Part shown: positions 1-12,674 of the stretch, one piece after another
Layout of the letters: the number at the start of each line of letters is the position of its first letter
How positions within the stretch are numbered: position 1 is the first letter of the stretch
Assembly (NCBI GenBank): GCA_963666565.1
Contig: OY762911.1
Span: 3,424,001 to 3,488,000 of the forward strand
Direction of reading: 5' to 3'
Length of the DNA: 64,000 nucleotides
Origin: Thermoanaerobaculia bacterium
Lineage (GTDB): Bacteria > Acidobacteriota > Thermoanaerobaculia > Multivoradales > Multivoraceae
Notes under the pieces: generated by a model
The model's input: only the letters and a program-made list of their open reading frames with translations
Databases searched by the model: none
Told to the model about the DNA's origin: nothing
Translations under genes and position numbers: made by a program

Positions 1-1094
1 TCCGCGATCTCGCCGTAGATGCCGACCACCTCCTCGGCGGCTCGGCGCCAGGAGAAGGAGGCCGCGCGCTCCAGGCCGGCCCGCCGGTACCGCTCGCGCC
101 GCGACGGTTCCCGCAGCAGGCTCTCCAGGCCGCGCCGGATCGCCTCCACGTCGAAGGGATCGACGCAGACAGCGGCGTCTCCGGCCACCTCGACAAGCGA
201 CGACCGGTTCGAGGTCAGGACCGGTGTGCCGCACGCCATCGCCTCCACCACCGGCAGCCCGAACCCTTCGACCAGGGACGGATAGGCCACCACCGAGGCG
301 GCGTTGTAGAGGGCGACGAGATCCTCTTCGGACACCGCGCCCAGCCGGCGGACGAAGTCCGGCCAGGCGCCCTTGAACACGGCGTCCCGCTTCCAGCCGC
401 CGCCGCCCACCAGCGCCAGCGGAATCCGGCCTCGCAGGTCCGGGTCGAGCCGGCCGTAGGCCTCGATCAGCCGGGCGACGTTCTTTCGGGGCTCGAGCGT
501 CCCCACCGAAAGGACGAACGGGCCGTCGAGCCCGAACCGGTCCGCGAGCCGCCGCCGGGCAACCTCCAGTTCGCCGGCGTCGAACGCGGCGAAGGCGGCC
601 GAGGCCGCCTCGTGGACCACCCGCAGCCGCTCGGCAGGCAGCGCGAACCAGTTCCGCACTTCGGCGGCGGTGGCCTCCGACACGGCGACGATCGTCGCCT
701 CCCGGGCCACCGCCCGCAGCGTCGCCAGCAGGCACTGGTTCCGGTTCGCCGGCACGTGGAACCGCGGGTGGGTGAGGAACGTCAGGTCGTGGATCGTGAA
801 GACCACGGGCCCGTCGAAACAGGCGGGGTCGGCGAACGTCGGGATATGGAACAGGTCGAGATCCCGGCGGCGCGGCCAGCGGCCCGGTCCGCGCCGCACG
901 GTTCCCGGCAGGTCCCGGAGCAGCCGCTTCCAGCCGGCGGCATCGACCTCCGCGCCGAGCGCGTAGAGCGCCAGGCTCGGCGTGCCGCCGCGCTCCTCCG
1001 ACAGCTCGGCGAGCGCCTCCAGCAGACTCGCCGAGTACCGGGCGACGCCGTCCCGGGGCCCGAACAGCTTGCTCACGTCGAAGCCGACGCGCAT
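1..1094 (-). CDS. Glycosyltransferase family 4 (GT-B); 3' end runs off the window
   Basis: Manual translation from ATG at 1094 gives [12 protein letters not shown]...; contains [10 protein letters not shown] and [17 protein letters not shown], the GT4 signature. Absent from the ORF track because there is no stop in the window. Confidence 0.9.
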   Translation of the reverse strand, partial: MRVGFDVSKLFGPRDGVARYSASLLEALAELSEERGGTPSLALYALGAEVDAAGWKRLLRDLPGTVRRGPGRWPRRRDLDLFHIPTFADPACFDGPVVFTIHDLTFLTHPRFHVPANRNQCLLATLRAVAREATIVAVSEATAAEVRNWFALPAERLRVVHEAASAAFAAFDAGELEVARRRLADRFGLDGPFVLSVGTLEPRKNVARLIEAYGRLDPDLRGRIPLALVGGGGWKRDAVFKGAWPDFVRRLGAVSEEDLVALYNAASVVAYPSLVEGFGLPVVEAMACGTPVLTSNRSSLVEVAGDAAVCVDPFDVEAIRRGLESLLREPSRRERYRRAGLERAASFSWRRAAEEVVGIYGEIA

Positions 1095-1101
1095 GCCGGC
1101 C

Positions 1102-1395
1102 TCAGGCGCCCCGCGCTTCCCGCCTCGCCTCGGCGCGAATGCCGTTGGCCACCGACCGCAGCCTCCTCGCGGCGCCGGCCCGCAGTTGTCCGGCGCCGTC
1201 GAGCTGCTCGATCAGGGGCAGGATGTCGGCGTGAAGCGGATCCACGCCCGCCGCCTCCTTCGCCCGCGACCACACCGCCACGCGAAACCGGTCGTAGGCG
1301 CCCACGCCGACGACGCGCCGCAGCGCCAACCGCAGCGGCCGCGCAGGGCCGGAACGGGCAAGCCGTCCCAGGAAGGCAACGATGACCCGCCCCAT
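1102..1395 (-). CDS. Small hypothetical protein (97 aa)
   Basis: Ends 7 nt before the GT4 start, protein-like composition, TAGCCT hexamer 9 nt upstream of the ATG. Confidence 0.55.
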   Translation of the reverse strand: MGRVIVAFLGRLARSGPARPLRLALRRVVGVGAYDRFRVAVWSRAKEAAGVDPLHADILPLIEQLDGAGQLRAGAARRLRSVANGIRAEARREARGA

Positions 1396-1522
1396 GGCTC
1401 GCGGAGGCTACAACAACGGAAGGGAACCGGCCGGCGCGCCTCGGCGCCAGCCAGGAACCGGACCGTGCGGCGGTCGTCGGACGCAAGGACGGCAGGCGCG
1501 AGCCGGGCAACAAGCCGGGAGA

Positions 1523-2962
1523 TCAGACGTCGAGCGCCGCGATCAGGCCGATTACGTCGTCGTACAGCGCGGCGCGCTGACGGCGGAGCCGCTTCACCGT
1601 GCCCCGGCGGAACCCGCCCGCCCAGAGCGCCCGCAGACCGTGGCGGAGTTCGCCGATGAACCGGTGGTAGCGAAGGCCCAGCAGGGCGGAAAGCGCGCAC
1701 AGGACCAGCATTCCCGCGACCCGGGCCCACAGCGCCTCCGGCCTCCAGTCGAACCCGGGCAGAGGCTCGGTCCAGGCCAGGCCAACCGCCAGGCTGGCGG
1801 CGAACCAGGCCGCGGGCAGGACGATGAGTCCCAGGAACATCTTGAGTCCCGCCTGCTCCTTGCGGCTCGCGGAGAGCTTTCTCGCGCCGAGAGCGACGAG
1901 AAGGGCGGCCGGAAGGTTGACGAGGTTGCCGATCAGGACGACCGTCGGCAGCAGCAGCAGCATGAGCAGGGCCTCGACGAAGAGAAGCGTCATGCGCCAG
2001 GCCGTCCGCCGGAGCGGCGCGCCGTCCAGATCCCGGTCGCTCAGGCCCAGCAACCGCAGCGCCTCCCCGTAGCGGGTCGCCCGAACGACGAGCCGGTCCA
2101 CCACGCGAGGATCGATCGCGCGCTGCTTCCGGTAGCCCGCCCAGACGCGGGCGAAGCCGTCGTCCCGTTCCTCCATCGGCGCCCGGCGCAGGCGCGGACC
2201 GCCCCCGCGCGCCGCGTGTTCCGCCCGCACGAGGGATCGCACCTGTTCCATCGCCCGGTGGAGCTTCCAGCTCTCCGTCGGGTGGGTGACCTCGATCAGG
2301 CGCTGCTGGATCAGTCCGGTCAGGCGGTCGACGAAGGTGCCCTCCCCCGCCGTCCGGCCGGGGTCCGCCGGCTTCGCTCCGGCTCGACCGGGCCGGAGGT
2401 CCTCCGGCAGGTCGACCGGCGGATGGAACTTGACCAGGGCCCGGGACCGGAACGCGTGCTTGCGTTCGTAGTGCAGCCCCACCGGCACCAGCGCCGGATC
2501 GCCGCCGCCCTCCTGGGCCAGTTGGAACAGGCGCGCGGCGCCGGCCCGCAGATCGAGCAGTTGGGGCTCGTCGTGCGTCGCACCTTCGGGAAAGATGGCG
2601 ACGAGGGACCGCCGGGCGGCCGCCGCGAGCGCACCGAGGCTCCGCTGGTTCGCGGCCCGGCGTTCCTCGCCGCTCCCGAGCCCGCCGGCTTCGCCCCGGT
2701 CGCGGCGGCGGTAGAGCGGCACCGCGCCGGCCGCCCGCAGCATCCAGCCGACGACCGGCAGGCGGAACAGGCCGTGGCGGGCGCCGAACGTGACCGGCCG
2801 CGGGCTGAAGCCGAGGATCAGGATGCCGTCCGCCAGGCCGTTCGGGTGCCAGGCGACGAGCAGGCCGCCTCCCTCCGGCGGCACGTTCTCGCTGCCGGCC
2901 ACCTCGACGCTGCGGAAGAAGAGCCTGGCCAGCAGCCGCAGAAACCACCTCAGGCTGCGCAT
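1523..2962 (-). CDS. PlsC-family lysophospholipid/glycerol-3-phosphate acyltransferase with C-terminal membrane helices
   Basis: HxxxxD motif (WHPNGLADG), IFPEG motif, hydrophobic C-terminal segments. Start chosen at MRSLRWFL. Confidence 0.85.
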   Translation of the reverse strand: MRSLRWFLRLLARLFFRSVEVAGSENVPPEGGGLLVAWHPNGLADGILILGFSPRPVTFGARHGLFRLPVVGWMLRAAGAVPLYRRRDRGEAGGLGSGEERRAANQRSLGALAAAARRSLVAIFPEGATHDEPQLLDLRAGAARLFQLAQEGGGDPALVPVGLHYERKHAFRSRALVKFHPPVDLPEDLRPGRAGAKPADPGRTAGEGTFVDRLTGLIQQRLIEVTHPTESWKLHRAMEQVRSLVRAEHAARGGGPRLRRAPMEERDDGFARVWAGYRKQRAIDPRVVDRLVVRATRYGEALRLLGLSDRDLDGAPLRRTAWRMTLLFVEALLMLLLLPTVVLIGNLVNLPAALLVALGARKLSASRKEQAGLKMFLGLIVLPAAWFAASLAVGLAWTEPLPGFDWRPEALWARVAGMLVLCALSALLGLRYHRFIGELRHGLRALWAGGFRRGTVKRLRRQRAALYDDVIGLIAALDV

Positions 2963-3069
2963 TCCGAGCCCGTGCTCGACCGCCCCGACCACCACCCTGT
3001 TGCACTCCCTCCGCTTTCGGTCAGTCTACGCCACCGGCGCGCCGGCGAACCGTCCGACCGGTCGGTCGC

Positions 3070-3099
3070 TTGACAGCCCGCCGCCGGCCCCCTTAGCGT
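3070..3099 (+). promoter_or_regulatory. Putative sigma70-type promoter
   Basis: TTGACA (3070-3075), 18-nt spacer, TAGCGT (3094-3099). Confidence 0.5.
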
Positions 3100-3128
3100 C
3101 GTCTCACGATGCAAGGGAAGGAGGCGCC

Positions 3129-3218
3129 ATGACACCGCCGGGCCATCTTCAGCCCCCGGTTGCCCCGACGCCGATCGCCGAGGGGAACCAGCCGGGGGCC
3201 GCCGAGTCCACGGCCTGA
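3129..3218 (+). CDS. Putative 29-aa small ORF or leader peptide
   Basis: Strong SD (GGAAGGAGG) just before ATG 3129, directly downstream of the promoter candidate; MTPPGHLQPPVAPTPIAEGNQPGAAESTA. Confidence 0.35.
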   Translation: MTPPGHLQPPVAPTPIAEGNQPGAAESTA

Positions 3219-3384
3219 GTGGACCACTGAGTTCCGGCCGCTCGACCGTCGCCTGAACCGCCCGAGCGTCCGGCGGATCTTCCATCCGAACCGGACCGCG
3301 CCAGGGCAAAGCAGAACGAGTCGCGGCCCATCGGGCCCCAGCCGCCCACCGCGAAAACGCATCCATTCCAGGCCCGGGACACCT

Positions 3385-3412
3385 TGAGAGCGCAGGTTCG
3401 CCTGCGCTCTCA
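3385..3412. other. Perfect 12-bp hairpin with UUCG loop upstream of comM
   Basis: TGAGAGCGCAGG-TTCG-CCTGCGCTCTCA; a second hairpin TCCGGAAC-ACG-GTTCCGGA lies at 3428-3446. Confidence 0.7.
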
Positions 3413-3468
3413 CTGCGTTCGGGGAGGTCCGGAACACGGTTCCGGAGCTTCCTCGCGTCTTAGTCAGT

Positions 3469-4992
3469 GTGATCGCGTACATGAACTCCGCGACGCCCTG
3501 GGGCATCGAAGCGCGGGAAGTCCAGGTGGAAGTCGCGGCCTACTTCGGCCTGCCAGCGATGCAGTTGATCGGACTGCCGGACACCGCCGTTCGGGAGAGC
3601 CGCGACCGCGTACGCGCGGCGATCCGCAGCAGCGGCTACGACCTCAAGAGCCGCAACGTCGTCATCAACCTGGCGCCCGCCGACCTGCGCAAGGAAGGCA
3701 ACCAGCTCGACCTGCCGATCGCGCTGGGCCTCCTGACCGCCAACCGCGAACTCTCCCCCGAGGCCCTCGAGGGCCGAATGGCCTGCGGCGAACTCGGGCT
3801 CGACGGCGAGGTGCGGCCCGTCCGCGGCGCCCTGTCGATCGCCGAACTGGCCGGCAAGCTCGGCGTGCGCGAACTGCTGCTCCCGGCGGCGAACAGCCGC
3901 CAGGCGGCCTCGCTGCCCGGAACGCGGGTGATCCCTGTCGCCCATCTCCGCGAGGCGATCGAGCACCTGACGGGCGACCGGACGATCGCGCCCGCGACGC
4001 CGATGCCGCCGCTCCGGGCCTTGAGCGGCGCCGAACCCGACTTCTCCGACGTCCGGGGCCAGGAGACGGCCAAGCGTGCGCTCGAGATCGCCGCGGCGGG
4101 CGGCCACAACGTCCTCTTCGTCGGGCCTCCGGGAACCGGCAAGACGATGCTGGCCCGGCGCCTGCCCGGCATCCTGCCGCCGCTCACCGACGCGGAAGCG
4201 ATCACCGTGACGAAGATCCACTCGCTCTCCGGCGGCGCCCGCGGCGCCGACCGGCTGGTCTGGACGCGGCCGTTCAGGAGTCCGCACGCCGGCGTCTCGT
4301 CCTCGGGGCTGATCGGCGGAGGCGCCATGCCCAGACCCGGGGAGATCAGCCTGGCGCACGCCGGCGTGCTGTTCCTCGACGAGCTTCCCGAGTTTCGGCG
4401 CGACGCGCTCGAGGCCCTGCGCCAGCCGCTCGAGGACGGCATGGTCACGGTCGCCCGGGCCCGGGCCCGGCTCACCTTTCCCGCCCGCTTCACCCTGGTC
4501 GCCGCCTGCAACCCCTGCCGCTGCGGCCACTTCGGCGATCCCCGGGCGGACTGCGTCTGCACGGCGCACGACATCGACCGCTATCGCCGCCAGCTCTCCG
4601 GCCCCCTGCTCGACCGGATCGATCTCCACGTCGAGATGCCGGTTCCCAGCCTGGACGAACTGAAGGGACCTCCCTGCGAGACTTCTGCCAGGATCGCCAG
4701 GAGAGTCGACGCGGCGCGCCGCCTCCAGCTACCCCGTTTCCCTCCCGGCCATCCGTCGCCGCTCAACGGCGCGCTGAGCCGCCGGGTTCTCGAGGAGTAC
4801 GCCCGGCCCACCGAAGCGGCGCAGAGCCTCCTCGACGCGGCCTTCGAGCGGCTGGCGATGTCGGCCCGGGCGCTGGCGCGAGCCCTCAAGGTGGCCCGCA
4901 CGATCGCCGATCTGGACTCGTCCCCGGAGGTCGACGTCACCCACGTTGCGGAAGCGATCCAGTATCGGCCGCTGGATCGGAGCAACCCGTGA
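3469..4992 (+). CDS. comM: YifB/ComM Mg-chelatase-like AAA+ ATPase
   Basis: GLPDTAVRESRDRV, NLAPADLRKEG, Walker A GPPGTGKT, RPFRSPH, PGEISLAHAGVLFLDELPEF, LSGPLLDRIDL. Confidence 0.93.
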   Translation: MIAYMNSATPWGIEAREVQVEVAAYFGLPAMQLIGLPDTAVRESRDRVRAAIRSSGYDLKSRNVVINLAPADLRKEGNQLDLPIALGLLTANRELSPEALEGRMACGELGLDGEVRPVRGALSIAELAGKLGVRELLLPAANSRQAASLPGTRVIPVAHLREAIEHLTGDRTIAPATPMPPLRALSGAEPDFSDVRGQETAKRALEIAAAGGHNVLFVGPPGTGKTMLARRLPGILPPLTDAEAITVTKIHSLSGGARGADRLVWTRPFRSPHAGVSSSGLIGGGAMPRPGEISLAHAGVLFLDELPEFRRDALEALRQPLEDGMVTVARARARLTFPARFTLVAACNPCRCGHFGDPRADCVCTAHDIDRYRRQLSGPLLDRIDLHVEMPVPSLDELKGPPCETSARIARRVDAARRLQLPRFPPGHPSPLNGALSRRVLEEYARPTEAAQSLLDAAFERLAMSARALARALKVARTIADLDSSPEVDVTHVAEAIQYRPLDRSNP

Positions 4993-5145
4993 CGTCGACG
5001 CGGAAGGCGGCCGGGCGGGGTCCACTCTCCGCCTCGCCCGGCCGCCGGCCTGTGGGGCCTGCCGTTTGCTGCTACAGTTCGCGCCGGTCGACCCGCTTGA
5101 AGCCCGGCGCCTCGTGCAGGCGGCGGAACGCCAGCTTGCGCGACG

Positions 5146-5174
5146 TTGACATTCAACGGAATCGGAACGAGAAT
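5146..5174 (+). promoter_or_regulatory. Putative sigma70 promoter upstream of the M23 peptidase gene
   Basis: TTGACA (5146-5151), 17-nt spacer, GAGAAT (5169-5174) in an AT-richer patch. Confidence 0.55.
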
Positions 5175-5250
5175 ATTCGGAATGGTCGATCCATCGCTCG
5201 ACGGCGAGCCACGCGGATAACGACCAGCGCGCCGAGACCTCCACGTCGAG

Positions 5251-6138
5251 ATGCCGTCCAGGCTCCATACGATCGTCTTCGTCCCTCACTCGATGAGGCG
5301 GACGCGGCAGTTCCGGATCAGCGGCCGCTGGCTCGCCGCCATCGGGGTCGCGGCCGGGCTCGCGCTCGGCGTCTCCGGCTGGGTGACTGTCCACCAGGTC
5401 CGGTCGGCGGCGGAGCTTCGGGACCTGGAACGAATCCAGCGCGAGAACGCGGACCTTCGCCGGGCCAACGCCGCCTACGAGGAGAGCGTGTCCCGGCTGC
5501 AGCAGGAGCTGACCGAGGCGGAAGACCGCACCCGCGACCTGGCGATCGTCGCCGGGCTCGAGCGGATCGTCGGCGGCGAACCGGAGAGCCGGCTGTCGGA
5601 AACCGGCGCGGGCGGCGCCTTCACCAGCCTCAGCACGCCGGACGGTTCCGATCTGTCCCTGCTCGAGGCCCGGGCGTCGCTGCTCGGGGGGCGGCTCGAC
5701 GCCGTCGGCGACGCGTTCCGGGATCGCCGGCTCCTCCTCCGCTCGACTCCCTTGATCTGGCCGGTGCGCGGCGTGATCAACAGCGGCTTCGGCTTCCGGC
5801 GCGATCCGATCACGGGCCAGCGGGCCCACCACGCCGGTCTCGACATCTCGGCGGACCGCGGCGTTCCGGTGCGCGCGACCGCCGACGGAATTGTCGTGCG
5901 CGCGGAACGGATGGGCAACCTGGGCCGGGCCGTCTACATACTCCACCGCTTCGGCTACGAGACGCGCTACGGACACCTGGCGGAGATCCTGGTCGAAGAG
6001 GGTCGGGAGGTCCGCCGCGGCGACGTGGTGGGCCGCGTCGGCAACTCCGGGCGGACGACGGGCTACCACCTGCACTACGAGGTCCGGCTGGAAGGCGACG
6101 CCCGCAACCCGTTCGAGTATCTGCGGAACCAGGGCTGA
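5251..6138 (+). CDS. M23 family metallopeptidase with N-terminal TM and coiled coil
   Basis: HAGLD, YGHL and GYHLHYEV motifs. Confidence 0.92.
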   Translation: MPSRLHTIVFVPHSMRRTRQFRISGRWLAAIGVAAGLALGVSGWVTVHQVRSAAELRDLERIQRENADLRRANAAYEESVSRLQQELTEAEDRTRDLAIVAGLERIVGGEPESRLSETGAGGAFTSLSTPDGSDLSLLEARASLLGGRLDAVGDAFRDRRLLLRSTPLIWPVRGVINSGFGFRRDPITGQRAHHAGLDISADRGVPVRATADGIVVRAERMGNLGRAVYILHRFGYETRYGHLAEILVEEGREVRRGDVVGRVGNSGRTTGYHLHYEVRLEGDARNPFEYLRNQG

Positions 6139-6304
6139 GCGACCGCCGCGTCACGAGACGCCGCGCTAGGATGCCGTCGCATCGCCCGCTGACGGACGAT
6201 GCGACCGGGTCGCTGGCGGCGCGGAGACGCTCCGCCAGGGTTCCCAGCCTCCCTTCCCAGCATCGGACGGTGCCCCCGTCGCGCGCACCGATGGCAACGA
6301 GCCC

Positions 6305-9166
<2,862 letters not shown>

Positions 9167-9212
9167 GCCCTCCTCCGTTCCCGGCGCGGTCGCCCGACTG
9201 ATAGCGTTCCGC

Positions 9213-10673
9213 ATGGAAACGCCTCCCCTCGCGCTGACCTTCGACGACGTCCTGCTGGCCCCCGGCCTGTCGGAGGTCCATCCGAACGACGTCGACCTGG
9301 GAACCCGCCTCACCCGCGGCATCGGCCTGAACATCCCGCTGGTGTCGGCGGCGATGGACACCGTCACCGAGGCCGAACTCGCGATCGCCCTCGCCCAGGA
9401 GGGCGGCATCGGCGTGGTCCACAAGAACCTGTCGATCGAGGCCCAGGCCACGGAGGTCGACCGGGTCAAGCGCTCCGAAGCCGGCATGATCGTCAACCCG
9501 ATCACGATCCGTCCCGAACAGCGGATCCACGAAGCGCTGGATCTGATGGCGCGCTACAAGATCTCGGGCGTTCCGGTCACGGACCGCGACGGCCACCTGG
9601 TCGGCATCCTGACCAACCGCGACCTCCGGTTCGAGACGGACACGAACCTGCCCGTTTCCGCGCTGATGACCCGCGAGAACCTGGTCACCGTGCCGGTCGG
9701 CACGACCCTGGACCAGGCGAAGGCCGAGCTGCACCGCAATCGCATCGAGAAGCTGCTCGTCACGGACGACGAGGGCAACCTGAAGGGCCTGATCACGGTC
9801 AAGGACATCCAGAAGATGATGGACTTCCCCATCGCCTGCAAGGACGACCTGGGCCGGCTGCGGGTCGCGGCCGCGGTCGGGACGGGCGGCGACTGCCTGG
9901 ACCGGGCCGCGGCGCTGGCGGCGGCCCAGGCGGACGTGCTGGTGGTCGACTCGTCCCACGCCCACAGCCGCGGGGTGCTGGACGCGCTGGAGCGGATCCG
10001 CGAGGCGCTTCCCGACGTTCAGCTTCTTGCCGGCAACGTCGCGACGGCCGAGGGCGCCCGGGCGCTGGCCGAGCGGGGCGCGGACGGCATCAAGGTCGGC
10101 ATCGGCCCCGGCAGCATCTGCACCACGCGGGTCGTCACCGGCGCCGGCATGCCCCAGGTGACGGCGATCCAGGACGCGGCTTCCGAAGCCGGCGACCTGC
10201 CGGTGGTCGCGGACGGCGGCATCCGGTTCTCGGGCGACCTGACGAAGGCGCTCGCCTGCGGCGCCCACAGCGTGATGGTCGGTTCGCTGCTCGCCGGCAC
10301 GGAAGAGAGCCCCGGCGAGACGATCCTCTACCAGGGGCGCAGCTACAAGGCGTACCGCGGCATGGGCTCGCTGTCGGCGATGGCCGAGGGCAGCGCCGAC
10401 CGCTACTTCCAGTCCGGCGACCAACCGCTGGCGAAGCTGGTGCCGGAAGGCATCGAGGGCATGGTGCCGCACAAGGGCAGCGTCCACCAGGTGATCGGCC
10501 AGCTCACCGGCGGCCTCCGCTCCGGCATGGGCCTCTCCGGCTGCGCCAGCGTCGCCGAACTCAGAACCGGCGCCCGCATGATCCAGGTCACCGCCGCCGG
10601 CCAGAAGGAAGGCCACGCGCACGACGTCGTCATCACGAAGGAGGCGCCCAACTACTGGGTCGACCGGAACTGA
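9213..10673 (+). CDS. guaB: IMP dehydrogenase
   Basis: [20 protein letters not shown] pair, [11 protein letters not shown] catalytic Cys, YRGMGS, PEGIEG. Confidence 0.99.
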   Translation: METPPLALTFDDVLLAPGLSEVHPNDVDLGTRLTRGIGLNIPLVSAAMDTVTEAELAIALAQEGGIGVVHKNLSIEAQATEVDRVKRSEAGMIVNPITIRPEQRIHEALDLMARYKISGVPVTDRDGHLVGILTNRDLRFETDTNLPVSALMTRENLVTVPVGTTLDQAKAELHRNRIEKLLVTDDEGNLKGLITVKDIQKMMDFPIACKDDLGRLRVAAAVGTGGDCLDRAAALAAAQADVLVVDSSHAHSRGVLDALERIREALPDVQLLAGNVATAEGARALAERGADGIKVGIGPGSICTTRVVTGAGMPQVTAIQDAASEAGDLPVVADGGIRFSGDLTKALACGAHSVMVGSLLAGTEESPGETILYQGRSYKAYRGMGSLSAMAEGSADRYFQSGDQPLAKLVPEGIEGMVPHKGSVHQVIGQLTGGLRSGMGLSGCASVAELRTGARMIQVTAAGQKEGHAHDVVITKEAPNYWVDRN

Positions 10674-10686
10674 GCGGAGTGGACCC

Positions 10687-10864
10687 GCCAGTCCGGGAGG
10701 CCAGGGGGGCGGCCCACTGCGGCCGCTCGCGCTTGGTCGGAAGATGAGAGGTTGGCGCTCGCTCCACTCCGCTCGCTTCGGCACGTCGTCGGTTTCCGGG
10801 TTGGCGTCGGAAGTCGCTCGCTTCGAGTCCGCAGGGGCCCGCCCCCCTGGCCTCCCGGACTGGC
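10687..10864. repeat. Inverted-repeat-bounded intergenic element (MITE/REP-like), copy A
   Basis: Perfect 26-bp IR at 10687-10712 and 10839-10864; the interior resembles the interior of the element at 25970-26129. Confidence 0.75.
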
Positions 10865-11009
10865 TGGACGGCATCGGTGTGCCGTGACTTCGGGGCGGCC
10901 TCGATTTGGCAGGTCGGTGGTTTCGGGAATGGCACAGCAAGTCGCTCGAGTCCCCGGGGGACTGCCCTTGATCCCGGGACTGGCTGGACGGCATCGGCAT
11001 GCCGTGACT
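10855..11009 (+). repeat. Direct repeat pair of about 35 bp
   Basis: GGACTGGCTGGACGGCATCGG(TG/CA)TGCCGTGACT at about 10857-10889 and 10977-11009. Confidence 0.75.
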
Positions 11010-11019
11010 GCGGGGCTGC

Positions 11020-12267
11020 CTACCAGGAACGGGGATCGAGATCGTAGGGAAGTGGCGTGAGGTTGGTCATGCCGTCCTCCGTGACGACGACGAGGTCCTC
11101 GAGTCGCACTCCCCAGCCGGCTTCCGGATCGTAGAGTCCAGGCTCGATCGTCACGACGTCGCCGGCGGCGAGTTCGTCGGTTCCCGGCCCGGTCTTGCGG
11201 AAGCTGGGAAGTTCGTGCAACTCGTAGCCGACGCCGTGGCCCAGGAGGTGGAAGTAGCCGCTCTGGGAACCGGGGTTCTTGTCGGCCACGTCGAAGCCCA
11301 CGTTCTCGAAGAAGCGGCAGATGCGTTCGTGCAGGGTCCAGCCGCGCACGCCGGGCCGCACGGCGCCGAGACTGGTCTCGAGCGCTTCGAGCACGAGGCG
11401 GTGCGCCCGCGCCAGATCCTCCGGGGGCTCTCCGACGCAGAAAGTCCTCGTGCAGTCGGCGAACAGGAGGCCGCGCGGGAACAGATCGACGACCACGGAC
11501 TCGCCTGCGCGCAGCACCCGGTCCGGGGTGCCGGTGCTGTGACCCGTGGCGCCCTCTTCCCCCGGAGCGACGACGGAACTCTCGGGCTGTTCCAGACCGT
11601 GCGCGGCGAACACTTGAGCCGCAGCTCCCTTGACCCGGGCCACGGTGACGCGTTCGTCGTGCAGCCAGAGCTCCCCGCTATCCCGTACCGAACTGCCGGC
11701 CAGCATCCGCGCGACCGACTCGAAGGCCTCGACCGTCGCTCGCGCGGCGGAGGCGATGCCCGCGATCTCCCTCTGCGTCTTCTTCCGGCGCAGCGCCAGC
11801 ATCAGGCCCCGGCCGGAGACGGGCTGCCGTTTCCCTTCCTCCAGTGTCCGAGCCAGGTCCAGGGTCGATCCGGCCGGCGGCCGTCCGGCGAGGACGACCC
11901 TGCCGGTCCCGGTCCCGGCGCGTTCGAACGCCGAGTTCACCGCGGCGGCGAGAATCTCCTCGCTGCTCTTGCCGTCGCGCCGCAACGCCTCCATCCCGAA
12001 ATCGGCGGGATGAACCAGCTCCACGCCCTCCGCCTCCGCCAGGGCCGCCTCCTCCCGCTCCATCGACGTGAAGTAGACGAGCCAGGCACCGGGGCCATTC
12101 GCCACCACGCAGGCATGTCCCAACCGAGCGCCGCCGACGAAGGGCGCCAGATCCGGGTCGCGACTCGACCCGGCCAGGACCACGAGGGCCTCGGCCTTCT
12201 CTTCGGCAAGAAGCGCCCCCAGGAGCTCGCTGCGCGGCCAGGTCATTTCACCCAGGCACAGATTCAT
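11020..12267 (-). CDS. M24 family Xaa-Pro peptidase
   Basis: ADCTRT, HLLGHGVG, TIEPGLY and GVRLEDLV metal-ligand motifs. Confidence 0.92.
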   Translation of the reverse strand: MNLCLGEMTWPRSELLGALLAEEKAEALVVLAGSSRDPDLAPFVGGARLGHACVVANGPGAWLVYFTSMEREEAALAEAEGVELVHPADFGMEALRRDGKSSEEILAAAVNSAFERAGTGTGRVVLAGRPPAGSTLDLARTLEEGKRQPVSGRGLMLALRRKKTQREIAGIASAARATVEAFESVARMLAGSSVRDSGELWLHDERVTVARVKGAAAQVFAAHGLEQPESSVVAPGEEGATGHSTGTPDRVLRAGESVVVDLFPRGLLFADCTRTFCVGEPPEDLARAHRLVLEALETSLGAVRPGVRGWTLHERICRFFENVGFDVADKNPGSQSGYFHLLGHGVGYELHELPSFRKTGPGTDELAAGDVVTIEPGLYDPEAGWGVRLEDLVVVTEDGMTNLTPLPYDLDPRSW

Positions 12268-12327
12268 GAACCGCTATCCGCCCATCGCCCGACGGCGGGT
12301 GCACCCGACACGAACACGCGACCGCCC

Positions 12328-12657
12328 TCAGACGTGGTCGTTCAGGAAGGCCTCGAACCGCATCTTCGGCGCGGCGCCCGTCATGCGGCCCAGGATCTCG
12401 CCGTCCTTGAACAGGATGAAATGCGGGATGCCCTGGACGCCGTAGCGCACGGCCACGTCCTGGGCGTGGTCGACGTCCAGCTTGGCGATGCGGACGCGCC
12501 CATCGTACTCGCCGGCCAGTTCGTCCAGGATCGGCGCCACCATGCGGCAGGGGCCGCACCAGGTCGCCCAGAAGTCGACCAGCACCGGGGTATCCGACCC
12601 CAGCACCTGGTCCTCGAAGCTCTGGCTGTCCACGTTGAAGATCTGTTCGCTTGCCAT
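12328..12657 (-). CDS. trxA: Thioredoxin
   Basis: C-terminal part of track ORF 12328..13788: MASEQIFNV...VDFWATWCGPCRMVAP. Confidence 0.95.
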   Translation of the reverse strand: MASEQIFNVDSQSFEDQVLGSDTPVLVDFWATWCGPCRMVAPILDELAGEYDGRVRIAKLDVDHAQDVAVRYGVQGIPHFILFKDGEILGRMTGAAPKMRFEAFLNDHV

Positions 12658-12674
12658 CGGATTCGTTCCTCGCG

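Noticed and set aside
3129-3460. tmRNA or 6S RNA
   Set aside because: No tRNA-like ends or ALAA-type tag, and no long self-complementary rod with a central bubble that I could identify; left as an unassigned leader.
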